In this document: piece by piece, positions 17,553 through 26,064 of the stretch | Layout of the letters: the number at the start of each line of letters is the position of its first letter | Position numbering within the stretch: the stretch's first letter is position 1 | NCBI GenBank assembly: GCA_047651235.1 | Contig: CP178758.1 | Location: 840,001 to 872,000, forward strand | Source: Candidatus Electrothrix yaqonensis | GTDB lineage: Bacteria; Desulfobacterota; Desulfobulbia; Desulfobulbales; Desulfobulbaceae | DNA length: 32,000 nt | Direction: 5' to 3' | The notes under the pieces: generated by a model | Told to the model about the DNA's origin: nothing | Database searches by the model: none | Seen by the model: the letters and a program-made list of their open reading frames with translations, nothing else | Position numbers and translations under genes: made by a program

Positions 17553-18806
17553 GTGGAGATATTGGGTGGGCCACTATTTGGGGTAGCCGGAGCTGGTGAA
17601 TCACATGGACCAGCTGTTACTACAATCGTATTTGGTTGTCCTTCTGGGCTGAAAATATCACGCCAAGGGGTGCAGCAATACCTGGACAGAAGGCGACCCG
17701 GCAGCAGCAAACATGGTACAGCCCGCCAAGAGGGCGATAAAGTAGCTTTTCTTTCAGGTCTTTATGGAGAAGGAGACTATGAACGTTTGTTGTCCGGCCC
17801 AGATATTCGAATCCAGGTTGAGGGAGAAGAATGCCAGACAGAAACATATGAAGAGGGATATACCACTGGCGAGCCAATTGCGGCAGTCGTTTTATCGACT
17901 TCTAAGATATCAAGACATTATGATCAGTTTGCTGGCCCTGGTGGTGAAGTTCGTCCGGGTCATACGGATTTAGTGAAGTATCATAAATCCAAAGGATTCG
18001 TTGATATTCGAGGTGGTGGACGTTCCAGTTATCGTTCCACCATTTCTGATGTGATTGGTGGCTCAATTGCTCGAATATTTTTAAAAGAGCATTTTAATAC
18101 TGTTATTCTGTCTTCAATTTGTCAGGTTGGGCCTCTGAAAGCCTCTAAGAGTTTGGCAGGTCATTTTGAGCAGCTTGTTATAGAATCCAAGGATCAGAAA
18201 ATATCATCAGGGGAAATCAAGCGTATTGAAGGAAAGTTAGCCGACGCGGAGATTCATTCTTTGGATACAGAATTTGCCCTTGAAGCTGCTCAGTTAATTA
18301 AGAAAACTCACGAAGAAGGTGACTCCTTAGGTGCGGCAGTTGAAATAGTGGCACTTAATGTACCATCTTTGGTCGGAGAGCCACTTTATCAGAGCTTGAA
18401 ATTACGTTTAATGGGCATATTGGGGGGATTAAATGCCGCTCAATTTTGTGAAGTCGGTGGTGGTACCGAGGTGGTAGGCCGACTAGGTAGCGAAAACAAC
18501 GATCCCATTCGCCAGACTGGTTATCAGGCTAATAGTCATGGTGGGATAATTGGAGGCATCACTACCGGTATGCCGTTGGTTTGTCGAGTTGGCTTTAAAC
18601 CTACCTCTACCATTAATAAGCCCCAGCTTTCTGTGCGTAAAAATAAGGAGAATGTTGATTTTATAGCTGGAAAAGGACGGCATGATCCTTGTGTAGGGGT
18701 GAGAGCAGGGATTACGCTTGAGTCTCGAATGGCTATTGAGTTGATGAACGCAGTTTTACTGCATCAGTCGCATCAGGTGGATACTGAGCATTTTAAGTTG
18801 TTTTGA
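17553..18806 (+). CDS. aroC: Chorismate synthase family protein, divergent paralogue 2
   Basis: A GTG at 17553 follows SD GGAGGTGA and gives a 417-aa protein collinear with paralogue 1. My hand count finds 75 differences in 417 gap-free positions (~82% identity). The tracked start at 17496 adds 19 non-homologous residues. Confidence 0.8.
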   Translation: MEILGGPLFGVAGAGESHGPAVTTIVFGCPSGLKISRQGVQQYLDRRRPGSSKHGTARQEGDKVAFLSGLYGEGDYERLLSGPDIRIQVEGEECQTETYEEGYTTGEPIAAVVLSTSKISRHYDQFAGPGGEVRPGHTDLVKYHKSKGFVDIRGGGRSSYRSTISDVIGGSIARIFLKEHFNTVILSSICQVGPLKASKSLAGHFEQLVIESKDQKISSGEIKRIEGKLADAEIHSLDTEFALEAAQLIKKTHEEGDSLGAAVEIVALNVPSLVGEPLYQSLKLRLMGILGGLNAAQFCEVGGGTEVVGRLGSENNDPIRQTGYQANSHGGIIGGITTGMPLVCRVGFKPTSTINKPQLSVRKNKENVDFIAGKGRHDPCVGVRAGITLESRMAIELMNAVLLHQSHQVDTEHFKLF

Positions 18807-18852
18807 GGTTAGGAAAGCGGTAGCAAAAAAGCAAACTTCAAGGAGAAAAACA

Positions 18853-19227
18853 ATGAAGACGTCAATCCAATCCATTGAACTCAAAGAAGGTGCGCAACTG
18901 CTGATTGAAGTAGAGGAAGTCGAGCTTCCTAAAACCAGAAAAGGAAGCGATTCAATTCCAAACTTGCCGCCTGGGACTGAGGAAATCGGATTCAATGATA
19001 AGGTTCAGGATATCAAAGAGCTGCTGCGGCAAAATTTGAGTGGTATTTTTGAAACCGTTGCCGAGTCAGTTAAGGAAAAACAGCCTGATGAATGGGGCGT
19101 GGAAGTAAATATCGGGTTCAAAGGGAAAACCAACCCGGTACCGGTCATACTCAGTGGCGAGGCTAATGCTGCAATCAAAGTTCACGCCAAATGGACTAAG
19201 GATAAATCGGAAGCGCAGAATGGTTGA
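18853..19227 (+). CDS. Trypsin-co-occurring domain 1 (Trypco1 / CU044_2847-like) small protein
   Basis: 124 aa. The N-terminal strand IELKEGAQLLIEVEE, acidic linker and C-terminal PDEWGVEVNIGFKGKTN..GEANAAIKVHAKW fit my recollection of the Trypco1 family. SD AAGGAG is present, and the stop overlaps the start of the trypsin-TIR gene. Confidence 0.6.
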   Translation: MKTSIQSIELKEGAQLLIEVEEVELPKTRKGSDSIPNLPPGTEEIGFNDKVQDIKELLRQNLSGIFETVAESVKEKQPDEWGVEVNIGFKGKTNPVPVILSGEANAAIKVHAKWTKDKSEAQNG

Positions 19228-20581
19228 CTGGAAACGGGCAGTCGCACGGGTTTATAGCGGAATTCCAGGTGAAAGAAGACGATTCTGCGGCACCGCCTTT
19301 ATGATTTCGGACCGCCATCTGCTAACCTGTTGGCATGTGGTTCGCGATGTTAAGGAGGAAACGCTGTATATTCGTGATGCCACTTCCTGTGGAGGAGGAG
19401 ATTTACCGGTGCGCCTTATAACTTCGAAGCAAGATGTCGATATTGCCCTGCTTGAGCTTAAAGAAGTTATTGAGGAGGGGGCCGAACGAGTTTCCTTGTC
19501 TCTTGAGAAAGCTTGTCCCGTTGTTAAAGACAAGACTGTCGAGTTGGCTGGATATGCCAGCGAGGATCGACCTCGTGATTATTTTAAAGAGATAATAGGT
19601 CAATATGAAGGTAAATATAGTCTCTACGCTATTGCGGTAGCGGTCGGTAAAGGAATGAGCGGCGCACCGGTACTGTATCAGGGCAAGCTGGTCGGTATCT
19701 CACGTCTACAGGGAGACAAGAGAACCTACCTGATCCCTCTCAGTGATTTTCGGGGCCTGCTGAAGGATCATGTTTTTTCAGAGAAGGAACAGATTCAAGC
19801 TATTACGTCTGAAAAAAAAGCAATATCGTCAAATGAGACTGCTATGTCATTACGCCGCAGTGTGTATATTTCCTACTCTTGGAAAGCAGCAGGTAAAAAT
19901 GATACAGTGGAAAAATTGCTGGCCGCTTTTGATAAGCAGGGGATTGAAGTCAAAAGAGATATTAATGAGATTGGTTACGGTGCCCCTATCAAGGCGTACA
20001 TGGATGAGCTGGCTGCTGGTGGGGCGATTATTCTGGTATTAAGCGAGCCGTATTTCAAGTCACCAAACTGCATGTACGAGTTGCGGGAGATATATCGCAA
20101 TAACCAAAAGGATTTTCGTAAGCTTATTTTTCCCGTGGTTATGCAAGATACTCACTTTCATCGGGCTATTGATCGCATCCCGTATATTTCTTTTTGGCAG
20201 GAGGAAACAAGAAAACTGGAACAAGCATTAGGCACAGTTGATATAAAGAATATTGGTCCTTCTCATCAAGAACTTCTTGATTATGCTGAATTTTCTATGA
20301 TTATTGATAAGCTTCAATATTTGATCGCTGATATGAATCACCTGAGTGAAGAGGAACATCTCAAAATAGATTTCTCCTCTTTAATTGAACGTGTCGTTGA
20401 TGTTTATCCTTTTGCTTCTGGCAGATTGGTTTCACAAGAGAACATTTTGTCGAATATCTCACCCAAGGAAGAGTTAAGATCGGAGGAAATATCTGAAGTT
20501 GAGAATATGTTAAAATATACAAAATTACCTCATGTGAGAGAGTCTCTTGAACGACGCTTGAATAAATTGAAATCACAATAA
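19220..20581 (+). CDS. Trypsin-like serine protease fused to a TIR domain (plus ~100-aa unassigned helical tail)
   Basis: The ATG at 19220 overlaps the upstream stop (ATGGTTGA). Protease triad contexts are LLTCWH39VV, D74IALLEL and GMS147GAPV. The TIR-like part runs from ~aa 214: VYISYSW..GIEVKRD..IILVLSEPYFKSPNCMYE287L, with the conserved Glu context. The tracked ORF start at 19154 lies inside the upstream gene. Confidence 0.75.
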   Translation: MVDWKRAVARVYSGIPGERRRFCGTAFMISDRHLLTCWHVVRDVKEETLYIRDATSCGGGDLPVRLITSKQDVDIALLELKEVIEEGAERVSLSLEKACPVVKDKTVELAGYASEDRPRDYFKEIIGQYEGKYSLYAIAVAVGKGMSGAPVLYQGKLVGISRLQGDKRTYLIPLSDFRGLLKDHVFSEKEQIQAITSEKKAISSNETAMSLRRSVYISYSWKAAGKNDTVEKLLAAFDKQGIEVKRDINEIGYGAPIKAYMDELAAGGAIILVLSEPYFKSPNCMYELREIYRNNQKDFRKLIFPVVMQDTHFHRAIDRIPYISFWQEETRKLEQALGTVDIKNIGPSHQELLDYAEFSMIIDKLQYLIADMNHLSEEEHLKIDFSSLIERVVDVYPFASGRLVSQENILSNISPKEELRSEEISEVENMLKYTKLPHVRESLERRLNKLKSQ

Positions 20582-20609
20582 AATTAAACAGCAAAGAGAA
20601 TGCTAATCA

Positions 20610-23354
20610 ATGGAAGGTAAACAGGTGCTGATGATGAGTAATAAGAGATTTGTCGGACGTGAAGAGGAAAAAGAATTGTTTAAGGATTTTTTAAAAAAGG
20701 ATAAGCGGCTACTTATTTTCCTAGGGGAAAGAGGAATCGGAAAAACAGCTTTACTTGAAGAGTTGCATTGTAGTGCCACAGAAAGCAAGCATATTTGTGC
20801 CTATTTTAAATGTACCGGTTCAGCGGATGAAGAGACGGGTATAATGAAGACGTTTAGAGAAAAAATAGGCAAAGATGTAACGGGGGAAATGATATTCCTT
20901 TCTAAAAATTTTTTTACATCGTTTGATGATACTCTTAGAAAGATTGAGAGCAGGAAATCTCAAAAAGATTCTGGAAATCTATATAAAAAACTACGGAAGT
21001 CATTTAGTTATGCCGTAGACGGTCTGTCTAAAAAGATAGGTAATGATGGTAAGCGATTAATATTTTTTTTTGACGAAACAGAAAGGTTAAGCCCCAGTAT
21101 AAAAAAATGGCTACGGCTACGTGTTGAAGAATCTTTAAGAAGAGATAATAATGTTTTTTTTGTTTTTGCGACAATAAATGATATTGATCAAAGAATAATA
21201 TGGAAAAGACGACAAGATATTTGTGAGAAAAAAATTTGCGAATTTACTGAAGATGAAAGAAAAAAATATTTAGCAGAGAACTTGCAGGAAGAAAAAGACA
21301 GTGCTTTGATGAATTCTCTCTCGTCTGTAACTGGTAATCCTCTTGCACTTTCATTGTTTTGTACTATTCAGAGATCAGAAGAAATAAGAGATGTTATTAA
21401 TAGGATTGGAAACGACAAAAGTCACTTAGATATTTCATTGATAACTATTATAAACGAAATATTACAAAAAGTTTTAAATGAATGTGATTGCAAAAAAATA
21501 GTACATCGTTCTTCTGTGTTGCGATCCTTCAACGAAGATATTCTTAATAATGTTTTAGAAAAAGAATGTATTCAAGAAAAATGCGGTAATCTGAAAAAAT
21601 GTTTTGAAGAAGGATATCTTAATAAGATTAAGAAAACTTTACTTGTTGAAGAAGTATATATATTAGTATGTAAAAATATTTATAATATATATAAATATCA
21701 TGACCAAATTAGAAGATTATTATATGAGGAATTGCAAGGTAATATTCATGTCAATTGTGAAAATTTGCATCAATCGTTCTTGGACTATTATGAAAAATGG
21801 TACGATAGAGTGAGTACCGATGCAGAGAAATCAGACCTCGTACTGCTGGAAATAATCTATCATCAATTAAAAATTGATGAGAAGAAAGGGTTAGAACGTG
21901 CTCGTAATGAGTTTAACGACGCTCGTCAATCATTTAATCTCAGTCGTTGTACAAGAATAATTTCCGAGCTGGAAAAGTTTTTTTGGAAGGATTCCCCCAA
22001 TGCTACGAAGCAAGTAATTGACTTTCTTCAAGGTAAATTAGCAGTAACACAAGGCCGTTATGATTATGCCATAAAAAAATTTGATCAGGTATTGCGTAGA
22101 CGTGATTTGTTAATAGGTAAAGATGAGTTAGCTTCAGAGGCACTTGTTGCGCTTGGTGAGTCTTATTTCCTTCCGGGAAAGCATCTTGACTCATTGGAAA
22201 AATCAAAAAAAGTACTTGAACGTTTAAATGAGCAAGAAGAAAAATACCCTATAATCAGTGCTTCTGCTCATTGGATTATAGGACGAATACATCGCAGTCA
22301 GGGAAATATGGAGAAGGCCGATGAGCATTTGAAACGCTGCATTGATCTATCAATTAATACAGGAAATTATTATTTTGCCGGATATGGGTTATGCACTTTG
22401 GGAGAGATATATCAGATGCAGGGTGACTATACACAGGCAATAATAAATCTTGACGATAGCCTGCACATGATGTCGCTTAATGGTGATGAGAATAGAAGGA
22501 AAAGTAAGGAGATTATTGGCAGAACTCTGCATATCCTTGGGAGAGTACATCAGTTTCAAGGGAAATGGGAGAAAGCAAAAGAAGAGCTATCTGTAAGTTT
22601 AGAAATTCGTCGGGAAGTTACCAAAGATAAACCACAGCACAGTCTCGGTTATGCTTATTGGGGGTTCGGTTGGTTCTACTTATTTCAGCGCAATGCCTCT
22701 GCTGCTATTGATGATTTAGAGAAAAGTGAAAATATATTCGAAACCCTTAATGAGAAAGACGGTATTGCCAGAACATATCGTTTACAGGCTGAAGTCTATC
22801 TCATGCAGGGGGATAATGAACAGGCCGCTGAACTTTTACGCAACGCTATAGCTATTCAAAAGGAAAAAAAGGGAAACTATGAACTGGGCCTGTTACATCT
22901 CGGCTTGACCAGATACCATATTGCTATGGAGAGTTGGCAGGAGGCTATAAAGACTAATGAAAAGGCGAGAATGCTTTGTGAGGGGTCTGGAGACCGTTGG
23001 GCGCAAGTCAAATCTGACATTTTACAATGCCAGATTGATATGCACTTATCTCAGTATGATGATCTGGAACCTCGAATAAGTAAAGCAAATATTGAGGTAG
23101 AAAATTTTCCAGACTTAATGTTTGAGCTTGAATTGGTGCGCGGTGAGTATGCTGTTAAAACAGACCGCTTGGACGATGGCGTTGAAGCATACAGCAAGGC
23201 GTACAACAAAGCAAAAGAGTTTTATCACCCTGACGAGCATAACGCAGACTATGTTGCAAGAGTTATCTACGGACAAGTGCAGAGCTTACCCCAGGAAAAA
23301 AAGGAGTACCTTACAAACGCGCTTCCAGAAATAATGTCCGTAGCAGCAGAGTAA
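20610..23354 (+). CDS. STAND-class P-loop NTPase (NB-ARC/AAA_16-like) with C-terminal TPR repeat array
   Basis: 914 aa with FVGREEEKE, Walker A GERGIGKT (20724-20747), Walker B LIFFFDETE and a GNPLAL (GxPLA-like) motif. From ~aa 470-860 there are repeated TPR-like units (e.g. GNMEKADEHLKRCIDL, GDYTQAIINLDDSL, GKWEKAKEELSVSLEI, GDNEQAAELLRNAIAI). No N-terminal effector domain is present, and composition is very AT/Lys/Asn-rich. Confidence 0.8.
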   Translation: MEGKQVLMMSNKRFVGREEEKELFKDFLKKDKRLLIFLGERGIGKTALLEELHCSATESKHICAYFKCTGSADEETGIMKTFREKIGKDVTGEMIFLSKNFFTSFDDTLRKIESRKSQKDSGNLYKKLRKSFSYAVDGLSKKIGNDGKRLIFFFDETERLSPSIKKWLRLRVEESLRRDNNVFFVFATINDIDQRIIWKRRQDICEKKICEFTEDERKKYLAENLQEEKDSALMNSLSSVTGNPLALSLFCTIQRSEEIRDVINRIGNDKSHLDISLITIINEILQKVLNECDCKKIVHRSSVLRSFNEDILNNVLEKECIQEKCGNLKKCFEEGYLNKIKKTLLVEEVYILVCKNIYNIYKYHDQIRRLLYEELQGNIHVNCENLHQSFLDYYEKWYDRVSTDAEKSDLVLLEIIYHQLKIDEKKGLERARNEFNDARQSFNLSRCTRIISELEKFFWKDSPNATKQVIDFLQGKLAVTQGRYDYAIKKFDQVLRRRDLLIGKDELASEALVALGESYFLPGKHLDSLEKSKKVLERLNEQEEKYPIISASAHWIIGRIHRSQGNMEKADEHLKRCIDLSINTGNYYFAGYGLCTLGEIYQMQGDYTQAIINLDDSLHMMSLNGDENRRKSKEIIGRTLHILGRVHQFQGKWEKAKEELSVSLEIRREVTKDKPQHSLGYAYWGFGWFYLFQRNASAAIDDLEKSENIFETLNEKDGIARTYRLQAEVYLMQGDNEQAAELLRNAIAIQKEKKGNYELGLLHLGLTRYHIAMESWQEAIKTNEKARMLCEGSGDRWAQVKSDILQCQIDMHLSQYDDLEPRISKANIEVENFPDLMFELELVRGEYAVKTDRLDDGVEAYSKAYNKAKEFYHPDEHNADYVARVIYGQVQSLPQEKKEYLTNALPEIMSVAAE

Positions 23355-23355
23355 T

Positions 23356-24210
23356 CTACTTTATGCTCTCCATAGCTTCCTCCATAACTTCAATCGGAGG
23401 TTCAACATCGGTATACATCTTGAATTTCAAAACCCCTTGCCACAGCAGCATCCTGTAACCGTACACGAGGGTACAGCCTCGTTTGCCAGCATTCTGAAGA
23501 AGTTTTGTTTCTCTGGGCTTACTCACAATGTCCATAACCGTCATGTCTGGTCCTAAGAGTTGTTCAGGGACTAATGACTCTCCTTCGTGGGCAGTATTTG
23601 CCATGCCCACAGGGGTTGTATTGATAAGAATTGTATCTTTTGTGACAAGGTCAGGAAGAGAATCGTAACCACCAAAAGGTACGCTGTCGTCTACTGCCGT
23701 CGCTAATTCTTTTGCTTTACTAACTGTACGATTTAGAATAGTGATTCGGCAGCCTTCATCTTGTAGAGCAAAGGCGATGGCTCTTGCCGCTCCTCCGCAT
23801 CCGAGTATGATGATATTCCTGTCTTTCATCGATGTCTTTTCCTGCAAGGCTCTGAGAGCACCCTCACCGTCCGTATTCCCCCCTATCAACTTGCCGTCCT
23901 TGTTCAAAACAACGCTTACTGCACCAACTCTCTTTGCGTTAGGATCAAGTTCATCTATATAATCCATTATGTCTATTTTGTAGGGGATTGTTACGCCTAC
24001 AGCGGCAACCCCCAGATTCCGTATTCCTGCCACGGCCTTTTCAAGGTCATGCACGGCAAAAGGGACATAAAGAAAATTGAGCTCCATTGCTTGTATTGCC
24101 GCATTATACATAGCATACATCTTGCTGGTTCGGTATGTTGAGCCGAAAAAGCCAATAAGCTTTGTTTCTCCATTAAGTTGCACTTGCTTCTCCTTCAAGT
24201 CGTTCCACAA
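23356..24210 (-). CDS. aroE: Shikimate dehydrogenase family protein (divergent substrate-site motifs)
   Basis: Motifs VTIPYK (catalytic Lys), GGNTDGEG (Asp), the Rossmann ILGCGGAARAIAF and NRTVSKAKEL. The tracked start is a TTG at 24210. A GTG at 24183 preceded by AAGGAG is a better start. It overlaps the aroK 3' end. Confidence 0.78.
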   Translation of the reverse strand: MWNDLKEKQVQLNGETKLIGFFGSTYRTSKMYAMYNAAIQAMELNFLYVPFAVHDLEKAVAGIRNLGVAAVGVTIPYKIDIMDYIDELDPNAKRVGAVSVVLNKDGKLIGGNTDGEGALRALQEKTSMKDRNIIILGCGGAARAIAFALQDEGCRITILNRTVSKAKELATAVDDSVPFGGYDSLPDLVTKDTILINTTPVGMANTAHEGESLVPEQLLGPDMTVMDIVSKPRETKLLQNAGKRGCTLVYGYRMLLWQGVLKFKMYTDVEPPIEVMEEAMESIK

Positions 24211-24733
24211 TTTTTTCTACCAGTATGTCTGGAGATTCTGAACTGCACTTCAAAGTTATGTCTGCTACCTGTTCATACATCGGCCTTCTTGTAGCAAGCA
24301 ATTCTTTAAGTGATTTTTCCGGGTTGTCTGGGTAAGGGAAAAAAGGCGGAATTCCTCCTGAGATTATTCTAGGTAAAAGAGAATCTGAACTGATATCCAG
24401 AAAGACTATTGTTCCCATGCCGTTCAGGAGTTCACGGTTGCTCTCCTCAAGCGGAAGTCCTCCGCCGGTAGCTAAAACATAATCTTTACCTTTTAGCGTA
24501 CTGTGAAGTTTTGTTAACGTCCTCGTCTCTAGCTCTCTGAAATAGTCACGACCGTATTTTTTGAAAATTTCTCTGAACGGAAGTTGTTCTTTTTTAGCAG
24601 CACAATGCTCCTGTTCAAGTTCAGAGTCGATATCAATAAATCGGACGTTCAGCATCTTTGCCAAGGCATTACCTGTGGTGGTCTTGCCACTTGATTTCAT
24701 GCCGATGAGGACTATTGCTGTGCCATGTTCCAT
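24173..24733 (-). CDS. aroK: Shikimate kinase
   Basis: 186 aa with the P-loop IVLIGMKSSGKTTTG, the IDIDSELE pattern (D.D) and LATGGG. Confidence 0.82.
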   Translation of the reverse strand: MEHGTAIVLIGMKSSGKTTTGNALAKMLNVRFIDIDSELEQEHCAAKKEQLPFREIFKKYGRDYFRELETRTLTKLHSTLKGKDYVLATGGGLPLEESNRELLNGMGTIVFLDISSDSLLPRIISGGIPPFFPYPDNPEKSLKELLATRRPMYEQVADITLKCSSESPDILVEKIVERLEGEASAT

Positions 24734-24739
24734 AACTCA

Positions 24740-26050
24740 TTAATCCTCTTCGACCAATTCGAAATTTGCCCCGGCATTTTTCATTTCAGGGATATACGTA
24801 CCAAAAGACTTTTCAACCATTTGAGCATCAGAGATTTTTGTTTCACCTTCTGATGCCAAACCGGCCACAGAAAAAGCCATTACCATACGATGATCATAGT
24901 AGCCGTTAATTTCAGCTCCTTTCAGTTTCCAGGTTCCGTCTTGGTGGATGATCATGCCGTCTTCTTTTTCCGTGATTTTTGCCCCCATCTTTTGTAATTC
25001 CTTACAGACTGCAGCAATCCTGTCGCACTCTTTCCACCGTGCAGTCAGGGCATTTTTTATGATGGTTTCGCCTTTGGCAAAACATGCGGCAACAGCCATT
25101 GTCGGCACCTGATCAGGAAGCAAATTCATGTCTACTTCAATGCCTTTCATTTCTCCTGATTTTGCTGTGATACAGTTATCCTCTATAGTAATATCCGCGC
25201 CCATTTTCTGTAATATATAGATCATCTGCCTGTCACCGTACGGGTCATCCAAGTCCATCCCCTGAATAGTAACGTGTGAATTCGGTGTAATGATAGCGGA
25301 TAACAAAGGATAGCCCGGGGTTGACCATTCCAGAGGAATCGTCGCCTCAAACGGTCGGGGCGGTTTGTTGCCGGGAAATGCATAATGTTCATATGTCCCC
25401 CCGACATTTTCATAGTGCAATCCGGCCTTATCAAACCAGTATAAGAGGAGATCAATATAAGCTGTTTCACCGGGGTTCTCGACATAAACATCAACAGGTT
25501 TTTCAGATAATGCCGATGCAATCAAGACGCTAAATACCGGTTGGCAGCCTATACCATTCATTCGAGTCATGCCGCCATTCACTTTTCCTTTAAAAACAAA
25601 GGGAGCCATGCCATCTTCTTTGGTAGAGATGACAGTTACACCTAGGTCTTCAAAAGGTTTGATGAAATCTTTTGTAATTTTTCTTAATTTCCGCAAGGAT
25701 TCATCACCGGTCAGGATTGTCCACCCAGGACATGCGCCAGCCACACCGGCAATAAAAACCAGCATTGTTCCAGAGTTGTTGACATTAATGATATCTTCAG
25801 GGGTGTGTAATTTTCCAGCAACTCCTTTGACCCTGAAGCAGTTATCTGCCGTTTCATTGATTTCGGCACCATACATTCGCATGGCTTTTACCGCCTCGTG
25901 CCAGTCACTGCTGATTTTCGGTCGATGAATAGTGGAAACTCCATCCGCCAGAGATGCTAAAATGAGCGCCCGAAATGAATGCGTTTTTGAAGGAGGCATA
26001 GAAATTATGCCGTTAATTGCATCACTTTTACGTACTTTTAAATACAACAC
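24740..26050 (-). CDS. aroA: 3-phosphoshikimate 1-carboxyvinyltransferase (EPSP synthase) family
   Basis: 436 aa with PPSKTHSFRALILASLA, NSGT, LTGDESLRK, ARWKECDRI, YYDHRMVMAFSVAGL and VEKSFGTY, collinear with E. coli AroA. Confidence 0.82.
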   Translation of the reverse strand: MLYLKVRKSDAINGIISMPPSKTHSFRALILASLADGVSTIHRPKISSDWHEAVKAMRMYGAEINETADNCFRVKGVAGKLHTPEDIINVNNSGTMLVFIAGVAGACPGWTILTGDESLRKLRKITKDFIKPFEDLGVTVISTKEDGMAPFVFKGKVNGGMTRMNGIGCQPVFSVLIASALSEKPVDVYVENPGETAYIDLLLYWFDKAGLHYENVGGTYEHYAFPGNKPPRPFEATIPLEWSTPGYPLLSAIITPNSHVTIQGMDLDDPYGDRQMIYILQKMGADITIEDNCITAKSGEMKGIEVDMNLLPDQVPTMAVAACFAKGETIIKNALTARWKECDRIAAVCKELQKMGAKITEKEDGMIIHQDGTWKLKGAEINGYYDHRMVMAFSVAGLASEGETKISDAQMVEKSFGTYIPEMKNAGANFELVEED

Positions 26051-26064
26051 AACACAACTCCTTA

